From NCBI GenBank assembly GCA_963737155.1, contig CAVTRN010000002.1:896001-960000 (forward strand): a DNA stretch of 64,000 bases. Direction: 5' to 3'. Origin of the DNA: Nitrospirota bacterium. Lineage in GTDB: Bacteria; Nitrospirota; UBA9217. Shown in pieces: positions 40,187-50,622 of this stretch. The translations under genes and the position numbers were made by a program. Under the pieces are notes generated by a model. The model was not told the origin of the DNA. It saw nothing but the letters and a program-made list of their open reading frames with translations, and did not search any database. The number at the start of each line of letters is the position of its first letter. Positions within the stretch are counted from its first letter, which is position 1.

Positions 40187-41761
40187 ATGAAAAAAATAAA
40201 CGGGATACTGTACATTATTTTTGTTGCGGCCACCCTTACGGTCACGGCTTGTGGCGGCGGAGGCGGAGGAGGATCAACAGCAACTTCACCAGGAGGAGGA
40301 GGTGGCGGAGGTGGCGGTACACCGCCGGCGTGGCAGGGAACGTTGATCAGCGCTGCTTCTCTAACGATAACGCCTATCACAGCTTTCACTCAGGACGTTG
40401 CATCCGACGGCACCGGCTCGTTTTATGAGATTTTCCCCGGTTCGGCAAATGCCTGGACGCTTGATCCCGGTGATTTCAGCCTTGTGGATGGTTTCGGCAA
40501 TCAATTTTTTTATGCGCTTGATTTAACGGTAGGTGGCACCGATCTTGAGACGCTGGGCAGTCAGCTGGGCAATCAAGATCAACTGACATATGCTAATTTG
40601 TCATTTTATACTCCAATCTTGGCAACTGCCGTCGTGGCCACAGTATCGGACGGGAGCACCATGGGGCCATCGACAGTGCCGGGAACAGTGGGATATGCGA
40701 TAGCGTCGGTAAAGACTGGTACCTATGCGGCCTTCCTTAATGCTACCTCCAACTCCCGTCTCCAGCAAACCATCGATCTTACTTCGGTAAACCCGGCGAG
40801 CACGAATGGGAGCACGATTGCATTCTCATGGACCGATGCCGAATCTTTGTCAGGTGGGGAAATTACGCCCTATACTCCAAACTATCAGGTGGTAGTGCGG
40901 AATACGGATGGATCGCTGGCTACCCAACCGGCGTCACTTATCAATCAAACGTTTAATGGGACATTCCAAAATCATACCGCCTATCTGGATTCCTTTGCAG
41001 GAAAAAAGATCGTTATATCTTTTGAAGAAAACGCCTCGACCGCGCCTTTTGGCGGACAAAGCTACGCTGTATTAGATAACGTAATGATAACAGTCGGCAC
41101 CAACACCACTAACCTCGTAACCAACGGTGGTTTTGAGACCGGCGATCTAACCGGGTGGAACACCAATACACCGATGGAAGTTCAGAATATAACGGCAGGC
41201 ACCTGGACCCCGGTAGCAGGGCTGAATGTTACGAGGTCGTTCTTCACCGAACCACACCAGTTGTGGGGCCGGTGGGTGGATTTATACTCGAATACGACTT
41301 CAACCGCTATTACCACGACCCTTATTTACGAGGTAAGCCTCGGTTACAATTTCATTGGCTCCGCGGGACCCGCTCCGGGGATCATCTATTCTTCTACTAC
41401 CCCAACTACGAGCTTGACTGCGTGGGATTCCTTAAACGGGAGTCGTGATATCGGATGGGTATTCGGAAAAGCAGCCAATGTCGCGTTTACTTCGGATAAT
41501 GGAACGGGGACTGTTGGCAACGATTTAATAGATGTTACCTATAATGTTACCGTCCCGGCGGGCGGCAATGTTGCCATTGTGAATTTTATGCTTATGGACG
41601 GTACATGTACGGGACAGGCCGCGAATGGCAATATAAATGCTAAGGCCACAGCAATCGATAACGAGATTGGGCTAATTGTGAACAACTTTTATACAGACCC
41701 CAATCATACGTATCTTATGGGCATGACCCAGGCACAAATCGATGCAATTCAAAACTTCTGA
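40187..41761 (+). CDS. Thr/Gly-rich surface lipoprotein with beta-sandwich/CBM-like domain
   Basis: MKK...TVTA-C lipobox, poly-Gly tether, NLVTNGGFETGDLTGW. Confidence 0.75.
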   Translation: MKKINGILYIIFVAATLTVTACGGGGGGGSTATSPGGGGGGGGGTPPAWQGTLISAASLTITPITAFTQDVASDGTGSFYEIFPGSANAWTLDPGDFSLVDGFGNQFFYALDLTVGGTDLETLGSQLGNQDQLTYANLSFYTPILATAVVATVSDGSTMGPSTVPGTVGYAIASVKTGTYAAFLNATSNSRLQQTIDLTSVNPASTNGSTIAFSWTDAESLSGGEITPYTPNYQVVVRNTDGSLATQPASLINQTFNGTFQNHTAYLDSFAGKKIVISFEENASTAPFGGQSYAVLDNVMITVGTNTTNLVTNGGFETGDLTGWNTNTPMEVQNITAGTWTPVAGLNVTRSFFTEPHQLWGRWVDLYSNTTSTAITTTLIYEVSLGYNFIGSAGPAPGIIYSSTTPTTSLTAWDSLNGSRDIGWVFGKAANVAFTSDNGTGTVGNDLIDVTYNVTVPAGGNVAIVNFMLMDGTCTGQAANGNINAKATAIDNEIGLIVNNFYTDPNHTYLMGMTQAQIDAIQNF

Positions 41762-41847
41762 TGCAGCGTTGTAAATGATATTTCCAAGAAAATGATCCTT
41801 AGCGACACGCCCAAGCGTGTAGCTAAGGGTGTTGAAAACTGCCGTCC

Positions 41848-41896
41848 AAACAAAACGCGCCTCTAACTTAACCGGTTAGAGGCGCGTTTTGTTTTT
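41848..41896. terminator. Bidirectional intrinsic terminator
   Basis: AAACAAAACGCGCCTCTAAC-7 nt-GTTAGAGGCGCGTTTTGTTT 20-bp stem between convergent genes. Confidence 0.8.
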
Positions 41897-42359
41897 GGCA
41901 TATATTTACTTGACTTAACTCCCTCATCTTTGGTCGTAAAAAGAGTAGTCGCCCTCAATCTAAGACACTTATCCACTCCATAGTGGTAGAATTTCAGGCG
42001 CCTGCAGCGGTTTTTCACCCAGTAAGTTGAAAAATGCACGTCTTAAGATGCGCCGCCACTGTTCATAGAAGTATCTGGTTTTCGGTATTGATGCAGCCAA
42101 GGAAAAGCATAGCGCATTTTTGCGGAATGCCTGCGATAAAACGCTGGTCAGGAATCTTGTCTTTGTCAGCACGCTTGAAAGTCTTAAAAAAGTTGCTCGC
42201 TTATTATATTGAGAGAATCAAATTTCAGCCTGACAGATTCCCTTCGGAGATCGCCTGGATGAAATACGATTCATTCTACCGCACCATAGCGCTGGGCAGG
42301 CTGGGGAAAGACTCCGAAGTACGCTCGCAAAAAACATTTTCCCTTCGAAAGAAGAAAGT

Positions 42360-44168
42360 TCAGGGGAACGTGGACAGTGCCGGTGTATGCGTGACACCGT
42401 GACATACCAGGGTGCAACTCCCGGAGCGAAACCCGTTGTCGGTGAAGATTGGATAGGGATTGCCGGCGACAGCAGTGACGTACCGGGTATCGAAATTTAT
42501 GAGATGGGTATGCGAACCAGAAATCCCGTTGTCCTGTATTCCATGGGGGTCATGACAGATGGAGCAAGGGGTGTTCTGGCCGACGATGTGCATGTTGTGC
42601 CCGCCGGTGCCCGCACTGTTTTCTCTGAAGCTGACGTCCTGCAGGATGCTGGTCCTGTTATGACAGTAGTAGCAGAGCGCGTAAGCGGTTTGGCTTTCAG
42701 GCGTGCCATCCGCCGTTATGTACTGCTGTCTGATGAGCGGGCTGTACTGGGAGCCATGGGAGCCTCGGGGTCCCGGACCGCCGATCGAACGGCTATCGTC
42801 GCTGTCGTGACAATCGGTGCAGTATATTGTACTGCCCGACGTCATCGAAGGTTCATAGATGGAGGGAATGCTTGGTACGTCGACGGTGAGCATGCCTCTC
42901 CCGACGACAGGATGATATGACGGGTTCGTTATCTGGAACGCGATTCGCGTGTCCACGCTCTTGTCGACGCGCGGGATGGGAAGCGATATTGTCTGGGCGC
43001 TCGAACTCGCATGGCACTTAAAGCAGATTTCGTATTCATTCACTGCGTAATTTGGCGGTATGATTGCAGCTCCCGTGATGTCCACGCCGCTAACTTTTCC
43101 CAAGCTGCCGGGGACCGCCGGCGCCGAACCGGCAGGCTGAGAATTTGCGGCGTGGGGGTTATGGCAGTCGACGCATTCCACATGGCCGGTTATCATGAGC
43201 GGGGATTCGCCCGCTTCGTGGTGGTTTGACGTCACACCAATCTCGGTAGCCTCGACCATATGTCGCGACGGCTTTTGAAACTCTGCCTGGATGTTCGTGG
43301 TATCCACATTCCCGTTATGGCAGGGGTAGCAGTTGTCTTCCTCATTTTGGTAGTTTAAGAGCCTCTTCGGCCCTCCGGCGCTGTGGGGAGCATGACAGTT
43401 TTCGCAGCCGTTCTGCTGCACCGTTGACCACCCGAATTCCGTGCCAATACCCGTCCGGGGCCAGGGATTCGGCTGAACGAGGTTCCAGATGGCCGATGAG
43501 GTATTGTGTGGCGTACTCTCCCATCCATTTAGTGCATGGCAGAGGATACATAATCCTGAATTCTGGCTGTTTACGCGCAGGAATTCCTTGTTGGTGTCGT
43601 CATGGGGGTCATGGCAGGTCGTACATTCGATGATTCCATCCCCATAGAAAAGGAGTCCCTGAGGGAGCACCGGAAACAGCTCCGGGTTAGGAAGCGAGCT
43701 GTAATAGGAAAAGGAAACCGGATGGTGATTGGCAAGGGATGTCCCGAAATAAGACGGGCTCGAGACAGGCATCCCGCCTCCGACGGTCATTGAGATCGTT
43801 TCCGAAGGCTCCAGCACCTCTCCAAGTGCAATGGTCCCATCATGACAGCTTAGGCAGAGCCGGGTGGCTCCAGTCGGGCCCGTCGGCGATGGCGGGCTTA
43901 CCATGGTGCTGCTGGTGTAAGGCGTGTACAGGGCGTAATTAACTGCGTCAATATTCTTGTTCCAGAGCGGCGAAAGAGGGTTCGTGTTGTGGGGCGCGTG
44001 GCAGAAAACGCAGATTCTGCTCTCGGTCAGCGCCTTGATCTGGCCAGGGCCGCTGGCAGAAAGGTTATGTTTGCTATAGATGATACTCATTTTCGCATGG
44101 ACCATGGGTGCCGCGAAAACGATGGCAATACACAGCAACACTGACAGAATGCGCGCATGCCTGTTCAT
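42360..44168 (-). CDS. Dodecaheme c cytochrome with OmcE-like N-terminal tetraheme module
   Basis: Signal peptide; 11 CxxCH plus 1 CxxxCH (CTLVCH). Confidence 0.92.
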   Translation of the reverse strand: MNRHARILSVLLCIAIVFAAPMVHAKMSIIYSKHNLSASGPGQIKALTESRICVFCHAPHNTNPLSPLWNKNIDAVNYALYTPYTSSTMVSPPSPTGPTGATRLCLSCHDGTIALGEVLEPSETISMTVGGGMPVSSPSYFGTSLANHHPVSFSYYSSLPNPELFPVLPQGLLFYGDGIIECTTCHDPHDDTNKEFLRVNSQNSGLCILCHALNGWESTPHNTSSAIWNLVQPNPWPRTGIGTEFGWSTVQQNGCENCHAPHSAGGPKRLLNYQNEEDNCYPCHNGNVDTTNIQAEFQKPSRHMVEATEIGVTSNHHEAGESPLMITGHVECVDCHNPHAANSQPAGSAPAVPGSLGKVSGVDITGAAIIPPNYAVNEYEICFKCHASSSAQTISLPIPRVDKSVDTRIAFQITNPSYHPVVGRGMLTVDVPSIPSIYEPSMTSGSTIYCTDCHDSDDSRSIGGPGPRGSHGSQYSPLIRQQYITADGTPESQTAYALCYYCHNRTSILQDVSFRENSAGTGGHNMHIVGQNTPCSICHDPHGIQDNGISGSHTHLINFDTRYVTAVAGNPYPIFTDNGFRSGSCTLVCHGVTHTPALSTFP

Positions 44169-45211
44169 TGATGGACCCCCGTCATTATGATAATTTGCAC
44201 CCGCTCATTATAAGTATCACATACAAAGAGCTTGCCCTGATCGTTCAGATACAATCCCGTTGGCAAAGTGAACTCCCCCGGTCCGTCGCCGCGTCTGCCG
44301 ATTGTAAATAGAAATTTGCCAGACTCGTCGAACAGCTGGATATTGTCGAACAGGGTATCGACAACATATATAACGCCGTAACGGTCTACGGCAATTCCTT
44401 TCGGCATGGCGAAATCGCCGGAGCCGTTGCCGTGATGGCCGAAGGAAGACAGAAAAGCGCCCGAATCATCGAATATCTGGACCCTGAAATTCATGGCATC
44501 GACCACGTACAGCTTTCCACTGGGCGCGATGGTGATATGGGTGGGATAATTAAGCTGGCCGTTCTTATCCCCTGGTTCGCCGAAGGAGGAGAGGAATGTT
44601 CCCTCCTTCGAATAGGCATACACCTTATCGGCGAGCGTATCAACGACAAATAAAACCTTTTTTCTAGGAGAATAGGCCAGGCCTGTCGGCCTCAGAAGGG
44701 GGATATCCCCGGCTTTTTTTATAGTAAAGAGGTGTTTGCCTGCCCGATCAAACACGTATATCGCACGATTGGCCGAATCCGATACGTACAGCTTCAAATC
44801 ATCGTCGAACACAACGCTCACCGGGACACGCAGCTGCTCCTTGCCAACACTGGTGATTTTCCGGTAGCTTTTCTCCGCTGGGACATAAAGATGGATGCAT
44901 GGCTGGCCTGTGTCGGCTATAGCCATCCTGCCGTCCCCGCCGACGGCGACTGCGACAGGACGTAGTATCCTGGTGTCATTTGCTTGTCTTCCAAACACCA
45001 GGAAACGTACAGTTTCCGACATCGAGGTTCCCGTTTCTGTGAAGTTCCGAATCGTCATTTCCTGGCGAGCAATGGGGGTTTTCGCGGAATCATACCACAC
45101 GACAGGTTCCTTGGGGATATCAGTCGCGGGCGACCATGATGTGGCGCATCCGGAGAAAAACATAGCGGTCGCGCAGAACGCGGTAAAAAGTTCTACCAGA
45201 TATTTCGTCAT
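44165..45211 (-). CDS. NHL-repeat beta-propeller lipoprotein
   Basis: FSG-C lipobox; repeated F..P.GIAVD..G.IYVVD..N.RVQIF. Confidence 0.9.
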   Translation of the reverse strand: MTKYLVELFTAFCATAMFFSGCATSWSPATDIPKEPVVWYDSAKTPIARQEMTIRNFTETGTSMSETVRFLVFGRQANDTRILRPVAVAVGGDGRMAIADTGQPCIHLYVPAEKSYRKITSVGKEQLRVPVSVVFDDDLKLYVSDSANRAIYVFDRAGKHLFTIKKAGDIPLLRPTGLAYSPRKKVLFVVDTLADKVYAYSKEGTFLSSFGEPGDKNGQLNYPTHITIAPSGKLYVVDAMNFRVQIFDDSGAFLSSFGHHGNGSGDFAMPKGIAVDRYGVIYVVDTLFDNIQLFDESGKFLFTIGRRGDGPGEFTLPTGLYLNDQGKLFVCDTYNERVQIIIMTGVHQ

Positions 45212-45411
45212 TTTTTGCCTTGCTTACTCCTCTTCATGGCACCGGTAAAATTCCTGATGCTTCCCCAAAGAGCTGTTATTCCCGCCAATTGCGCGTTGGA
45301 TCCATCCCGGGAGAGCAGTGTTTCCGGAGGAGCCTGCAGCCATCGCAAGAGCACCGGGGTGGTGCAGTGCGACAGCGTCGATCAATCCGCTGTAGCATTG
45401 ATTGACGCGGA

Positions 45412-46185
45412 TTATTTTTTATCCGGCTCCTTTTGTGCCGCGTCATCCATAATCTCGATTGTCGCGTTTTTTCTCAGATCGTCGGACCACACCTGAAAAC
45501 GTTTCATTATCTCTATGGTCTTGAGCTTTTTTGCGATTTCGGGTTTGGCTTCCTCGTACGTCATTTGCCTCTCAGGCGTGTCTCCGGATGCCGGGACGAC
45601 AAATTCCTTTTTCCGGCTATCGTATTCCTTTCGCATATCCTCGTCGGATATGCTCACCTTATCAATCACATCCTGTTTCACGATCAGCTGCATGAGAAAG
45701 ATCCGCCTGACTTGGTCGCGCACGTCCGATGGCGTGAGGTCATGTTCTTTCAGGTATTTCTGGTACCCTGCTTCATGCCCGAGATTCCTGATGACCTTGT
45801 CCATCGCTTTGTCGATTTGCATATCATTGACCTTCAATCCCCGGCGGGTCGCTTCCTGGACTGCCAGTTCCTGAAGCACCAATTCATCAAGCGCAATCTT
45901 TCTCACCGACTCCGGCGTCGCCGGATGCGCTGTGTCAGATATGCGGGAAGTCAGGCGGCCCACTATTGGGCTCAGCATGTCGCTGTATAATGCAACGCCA
46001 TTGACCTTCGCGACGACGTATTTCCGTGTCTCCTGCTTCGCCGCTTGCGGGGGCGGCGAAGGCTGTTCGTGCATACGCGGCTGCGTTGCGCAAGCGGTGA
46101 ATAGGAACACGGCGGCAAAAAAGGGGATCACGGACTTGCTACGGTAATAAAAAGATTTCAAGGTAATCCTCCTGAAAAGGTGCAT
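45412..46185 (-). CDS. SurA/PrsA N-domain chaperone-like lipoprotein lacking parvulin domain
   Basis: FTA-C; VVAKVNG, ALDELVLQELAVQEA.RRGL.V, DLRKNATIEI; start uncertain. Confidence 0.75.
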   Translation of the reverse strand: MHLFRRITLKSFYYRSKSVIPFFAAVFLFTACATQPRMHEQPSPPPQAAKQETRKYVVAKVNGVALYSDMLSPIVGRLTSRISDTAHPATPESVRKIALDELVLQELAVQEATRRGLKVNDMQIDKAMDKVIRNLGHEAGYQKYLKEHDLTPSDVRDQVRRIFLMQLIVKQDVIDKVSISDEDMRKEYDSRKKEFVVPASGDTPERQMTYEEAKPEIAKKLKTIEIMKRFQVWSDDLRKNATIEIMDDAAQKEPDKK

Positions 46186-46300
46186 TTCGCTGAGTGCACC
46201 GGTATGTTGCCCTCCCTGCACATCCCTTGCACGGGAGGTAGCAGGCCGGGCGCTTCTTGATCGATTTTAGTCTCGCGATGAACCGAGCGTTTCCCTAATA

Positions 46301-48352
46301 TTAGAACAGGCTTCTGGTCAGAGTCAAATAATAATACTGAGACATGAGTGAGGTTTCCCCCAATGAAGACAACGAGTCGAGTCGGTTATATTGCGCCCCC
46401 ATATTCACCGATAGCAAGCCTATACGCCATGTCAGATTGGAGTTCAGCGTCGTCGAATTAGAATTAGTGAGGGATCGGGTGATAAAATAGGAACCCGTTA
46501 AATTAAAGCTCAGGTTGTTTTCCAAAAACAGTTTGCTCAACCTCAAATCCGACCCCTCCAGTTTTTGCTGGTAACCCGTGCTGGTGAATATTGACGATGA
46601 TGATGCGTAGTAGTCGGTCACTATATAGGACAGGTCGGCAGAAACGGTGACGCTCTGGCCCTGGCCGAAGTGGTCTTGATACGCAGCCTGGTATTTCCAT
46701 TGGGCGTAAGGATACACCTGGGAACGGTAGCTGGTATGTTCTACTGTTGCGGAAAAGGGCCCGTAAATAGACATAATACCGGCGACCTGGTCGATGACAT
46801 TGTCTGACCCCCCTGCGATTGATCCGGATGTTACAGTTTGTCTTACGACTTGATAACTGTAGTAGGGGCTCAGCAGACGATGCAGGAGGTCTGCCTTGAG
46901 CGAGTAACCCTCTGTATATGTCTTTAACTGTGCTCCTTGTTGCAGCGAGTAGGACACATGAAATTCATATGAATAGTTCGGATTGACTTGGGGCGTCGTT
47001 AGGGGCGGAGACACGCTTATGATGGTTATCTGGGTGGCGGTGCCGAGATGGCTGATCTGGTAATTACTGAGTGGCGATAAGGTCACTAAAAGGCCGGTGG
47101 TAGGATCGAGAACCTGGATCACAATCGTGTTTTCGATGGGATTCAGCTGAAGCAGGGAAAATGTATTGGCCGGCGGAGTAACCGTGGTGTTATGCGTTTC
47201 GTTGATTACTACTGGAGTTCCGTTGGAATCAGAATCGGCTTGCGAGTACAAGACGCTGCCGGCGATCCTGCCGGACGGAATCCACTTCGTATAGGTGCTA
47301 TTGATCGTGTCGATCTTCGTGACGGTATCACCTGACGGGGAGACCATGGAAATGTCGTTATAGGTGAAGTTCGTCACCAGACTATTGTAGAGACGATGGG
47401 AGAGGTTTAAGTAGGTGGTGTTGGTCCTGTCGAACGTCGCGGTTGGCGGTAATGTCGACGACGCTTCCGTGGTCAGGTCGTTTTCATCCTGGTATTGATA
47501 GGAAGCAGCGGCGTTGAAGTTCCAGAATAGAGGCATGTTCAGGTTCTCCGTCCAGTTTTCGATGTCGGTTTTGTAGTCCTGGATATTGACAGACTGCTGG
47601 TTTGTCAGCGCCCTGTCGTAGTGGCTATCCAGCGTGTCCCCGAAAAGACGGATGGTATTGACGAAACTGTAAAATTGCCGATCGGTGTTAACGTTGTAAG
47701 ACGACGAGGATTGGGAGTCTGAATATTGCGCCGCGTTCGACGTTACCCGGGTATTATAATTGGCGCTGAGGCGGTATATGTCCGTATTCGTCCTGTTCGG
47801 TCCCAGATCGGTCGAAGTATCGTCATAGCTTGCGACGAAATTCACAGGCTTTTCCTTATAGCGAATGCTCCCGCCCTCGCTGTCGATCGAAGACCGTTGA
47901 AATTCAAAGAATGATTGGGGCGCTGACGCTGATTGATGGAGTGCGTAAAGCTCGAGGTTATAGGGATGCTCCGGAAGAAAGACCGTTCTCAGATTATAAT
48001 CGACGTCGCCTGAAGTCGAACGGGAGGGATTTGTCGTATAATTCCCGGTAATGTCCCATTGGTTTAAGTATCCTGTTACCTTAGCCGTGAATATTTCAAA
48101 CCTCGGGTGGTATATGAATCCCTCCATCTCGGTGCTGATGTCTTCGCGTAAAAACGTGCCCGATGCTTCTAGCTTTTTGCCGTTTGTCGTGTATTCATCG
48201 GTTTGGGATGTAGCGTTGATCCCCAGGCTTGCGTCACTTTTCATGATCTGGGGAGTAAACGTTAGCTCGTCAGCCCTTGACGCGGAAAGAGGGGGCAGAA
48301 GAATAGATACGAGCGTGGCGCAGGCAATGCCTGTCAGAAGATACCCTCGCAT
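46301..48352 (-). CDS. Large outer-membrane beta-barrel (porin of a porin-cytochrome conduit)
   Basis: Signal peptide; alternating beta-strands rich in Y/S/T/N; GFIYHPR and FLPEHPY motifs; C-terminal LTRSLF. Confidence 0.75.
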   Translation of the reverse strand: MRGYLLTGIACATLVSILLPPLSASRADELTFTPQIMKSDASLGINATSQTDEYTTNGKKLEASGTFLREDISTEMEGFIYHPRFEIFTAKVTGYLNQWDITGNYTTNPSRSTSGDVDYNLRTVFLPEHPYNLELYALHQSASAPQSFFEFQRSSIDSEGGSIRYKEKPVNFVASYDDTSTDLGPNRTNTDIYRLSANYNTRVTSNAAQYSDSQSSSSYNVNTDRQFYSFVNTIRLFGDTLDSHYDRALTNQQSVNIQDYKTDIENWTENLNMPLFWNFNAAASYQYQDENDLTTEASSTLPPTATFDRTNTTYLNLSHRLYNSLVTNFTYNDISMVSPSGDTVTKIDTINSTYTKWIPSGRIAGSVLYSQADSDSNGTPVVINETHNTTVTPPANTFSLLQLNPIENTIVIQVLDPTTGLLVTLSPLSNYQISHLGTATQITIISVSPPLTTPQVNPNYSYEFHVSYSLQQGAQLKTYTEGYSLKADLLHRLLSPYYSYQVVRQTVTSGSIAGGSDNVIDQVAGIMSIYGPFSATVEHTSYRSQVYPYAQWKYQAAYQDHFGQGQSVTVSADLSYIVTDYYASSSSIFTSTGYQQKLEGSDLRLSKLFLENNLSFNLTGSYFITRSLTNSNSTTLNSNLTWRIGLLSVNMGAQYNRLDSLSSLGETSLMSQYYYLTLTRSLF

Positions 48353-48754
48353 GACGGTTTTCCGTTACTCCTTTTTTCGTTTTCGGAAACTGTGCGCACC
48401 CTGGTGAAACGCCACGCTTGCGTCACATCGCAATTCCCGCCGGCGCTCTTTCAAATTCCGCCAGACCACCGAGGACAGCCTGCCTACCGCAGGGCTTCAT
48501 ATGAACTGGCACTGATTTTCCAGAACGGATTTTTCCCCGTTCTTATAGGTACTTATCGGCAGTTTGACGAAATTCTTAAGTACAAAAATGGAACAACCCT
48601 CTCCGTCCGTTCCTATCCACACCGCAATCTGCGCAATAAATCCGGAAGTTGAGCGGGGATGGTCGTCCAAACCATGCCTCGTTTTAGTACCGGAGGCCGA
48701 TTGATCGTACCCGGCTATTCTTCCACTCCGCAATTAATTGCGTACCCTGCGGAG

Positions 48755-49297
48755 TTATTGCAGCATATAATCATTGTCCGAGGCGTGCGGGTTATGGCAT
48801 TCGGTGCATTGCGTTCCCGCAGCGTCCTTGTGGACCTCTCTCGAACTTACATCGGCCTTGTCGTGGCAATAGAAACAGAATGTCGTTGGTTCGGCAACCA
48901 GGAGATAGGCTTTCCCCGATCCGTGGGGATTATGACAGACGATGCAGCCTCCCGATGCGACGGGCCCGTGAATATGCTTTTTATGGATATTGAGATCATG
49001 GCAGTTGAGGCACAGACGCTCAACGGGCATGATCAGTTGACCGCCCCCCTTTCTGTGGCAGGCTTCGCACATTTTCGCTGCGTAAGGGCCGTGCGATTTC
49101 ACCGTAGATTTGTCAAGAGCAGCGAGAGTTGATTTGCTCCCTTTCCCCGGCCCGGATTGGTTACCCGCCTGCCCTTCCGCCGGGACGCCGTCGAAAAAAA
49201 AGCTCAGTGTCTTGTACCGGGTCTCGGATGAGCACCCGGTAAGTGCGATGAGTATCGCCATGCTGATAATGTGCGTTAATTGCACGAACTGCTTCAT
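48755..49297 (-). CDS. Pentaheme c cytochrome lipoprotein
   Basis: LTG-C lipobox, LSFFFDGVP; CEACH, CLNCH, CIVCH, CFYCH, CTECH. Confidence 0.9.
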   Translation of the reverse strand: MKQFVQLTHIISMAILIALTGCSSETRYKTLSFFFDGVPAEGQAGNQSGPGKGSKSTLAALDKSTVKSHGPYAAKMCEACHRKGGGQLIMPVERLCLNCHDLNIHKKHIHGPVASGGCIVCHNPHGSGKAYLLVAEPTTFCFYCHDKADVSSREVHKDAAGTQCTECHNPHASDNDYMLQ

Positions 49298-49299
49298 TG

Positions 49300-50502
49300 T
49301 TATTTACTAGTGGGCTCGCTCTTATTTTCGGGGACTCGCTCCTGCAAGGCTTTCTGCATTCTTTCTTTCAGCAGTTTCAGGAGCTCCGCATCCGACGGAT
49401 ACTGCTTCCCCCGTTCCTTGCCCGCTGCGTAGATGCCGATCATCTTGCTTCCAAACTGGTTGGCAACAATGATGAGATGATCGATCTCGAAATTCGGATC
49501 TGCGAATTTCTGGAAGTACGGGATATCGTCATAATCCATAATAATTTGGGAGGGAAGGTTCATGTCTCCCGGATTGTATCCGGTAGTGCCGAAAAAGAGC
49601 AGGAGATAGCCTTCCGGGCTGAATATCTGCACGTTGCCAAAGGCCGCATCGACAGCGTAGAGATCGTCCTTTCGATCGAGGGCGATGCCGCGTGGCCGGG
49701 CGAAGCGGCCGGACTCCGCGCCCAATCCCCCAATTGACCCCAGAAAATGACCATCCCGGTCATATTGCATGATCTGGAATCTGCCGGCATCGGACACGAA
49801 CAGATGTCCCAGCGAGTTAAAGGAAATGTTCGTTGGCCGGGACAACACTCCAGCCGGATCACCGGTATTTCCCATGTACCTATTGACGGTGCCTTTTTTC
49901 CTGTCCATGACCACGATTCGTGAATTTTCGATATCCGCCACATAGAGTTCGTCCTGATAGGGCACTGCGTCAACAGGCTTCCAGGTCCCGGGCATGCCGA
50001 ACGAACCGACGTAAAAATCGTTTTTATCGAAGACTACAACCTCGCTCCTCACGGGATCGGAGACGTACTTCAGGCCATCGGGTGCTATGCGTATGTTCAC
50101 GGGCTGGACCAGTTTTCCCATGCCCTGAGCGCCCTGTAGCCCGCCGTAGGTCCTTTTTGCAAGGTCAAAGATTATGACACCCTGGTTGAGGTCGCAGACG
50201 TAGATCTTGCCGCCCCACGTCGCTATACCGTAGGGTTTGTCAAGCCTTCGGTCGCTTGCTGATGAGCCGGTAATGAAAGCTTCGAAAGCTGATTTTTTCC
50301 TGGCGATGTCCTTTTCTCCGGTCAAGGAGGTGAGGTACTGGATCCGGGGCAGTTCAGGCGGGCTGGGGAAAAATACCTCTGCCTCCTTTGGCTTTGGAGC
50401 GGAGGCGCATGCTGATAGGAATAGGAACAGGACGCTGACGATAAATAAGTGTTTCTGTATGGTGTTTTTCAACGAGTAAAGCCTTTCTCCATGGATTTCC
50501 AC
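49300..50502 (-). CDS. NHL-repeat beta-propeller lipoprotein
   Basis: LSA-C lipobox; FPSPPELPRIQYL; FARPRGIALD..D.LYAVDAAFGNVQIF. Confidence 0.88.
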   Translation of the reverse strand: MEIHGERLYSLKNTIQKHLFIVSVLFLFLSACASAPKPKEAEVFFPSPPELPRIQYLTSLTGEKDIARKKSAFEAFITGSSASDRRLDKPYGIATWGGKIYVCDLNQGVIIFDLAKRTYGGLQGAQGMGKLVQPVNIRIAPDGLKYVSDPVRSEVVVFDKNDFYVGSFGMPGTWKPVDAVPYQDELYVADIENSRIVVMDRKKGTVNRYMGNTGDPAGVLSRPTNISFNSLGHLFVSDAGRFQIMQYDRDGHFLGSIGGLGAESGRFARPRGIALDRKDDLYAVDAAFGNVQIFSPEGYLLLFFGTTGYNPGDMNLPSQIIMDYDDIPYFQKFADPNFEIDHLIIVANQFGSKMIGIYAAGKERGKQYPSDAELLKLLKERMQKALQERVPENKSEPTSK

Positions 50503-50622
50503 TCATGATGAGGACGGAATCCAATGCCTGCATCGAATAATGGCATCATGACGTGGCAGTAGCGGCTGGGTGGCCAATGGTCAACGATTTTCATCATCAA
50601 TTTTTTTATAATACGAAAAAAC

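Noticed and set aside
41795-42350. Hairpin at 41799-41828, IS-end-like GTTGAAAA words and a 122-aa ORF
   Set aside because: No convincing IR pair or protein motif
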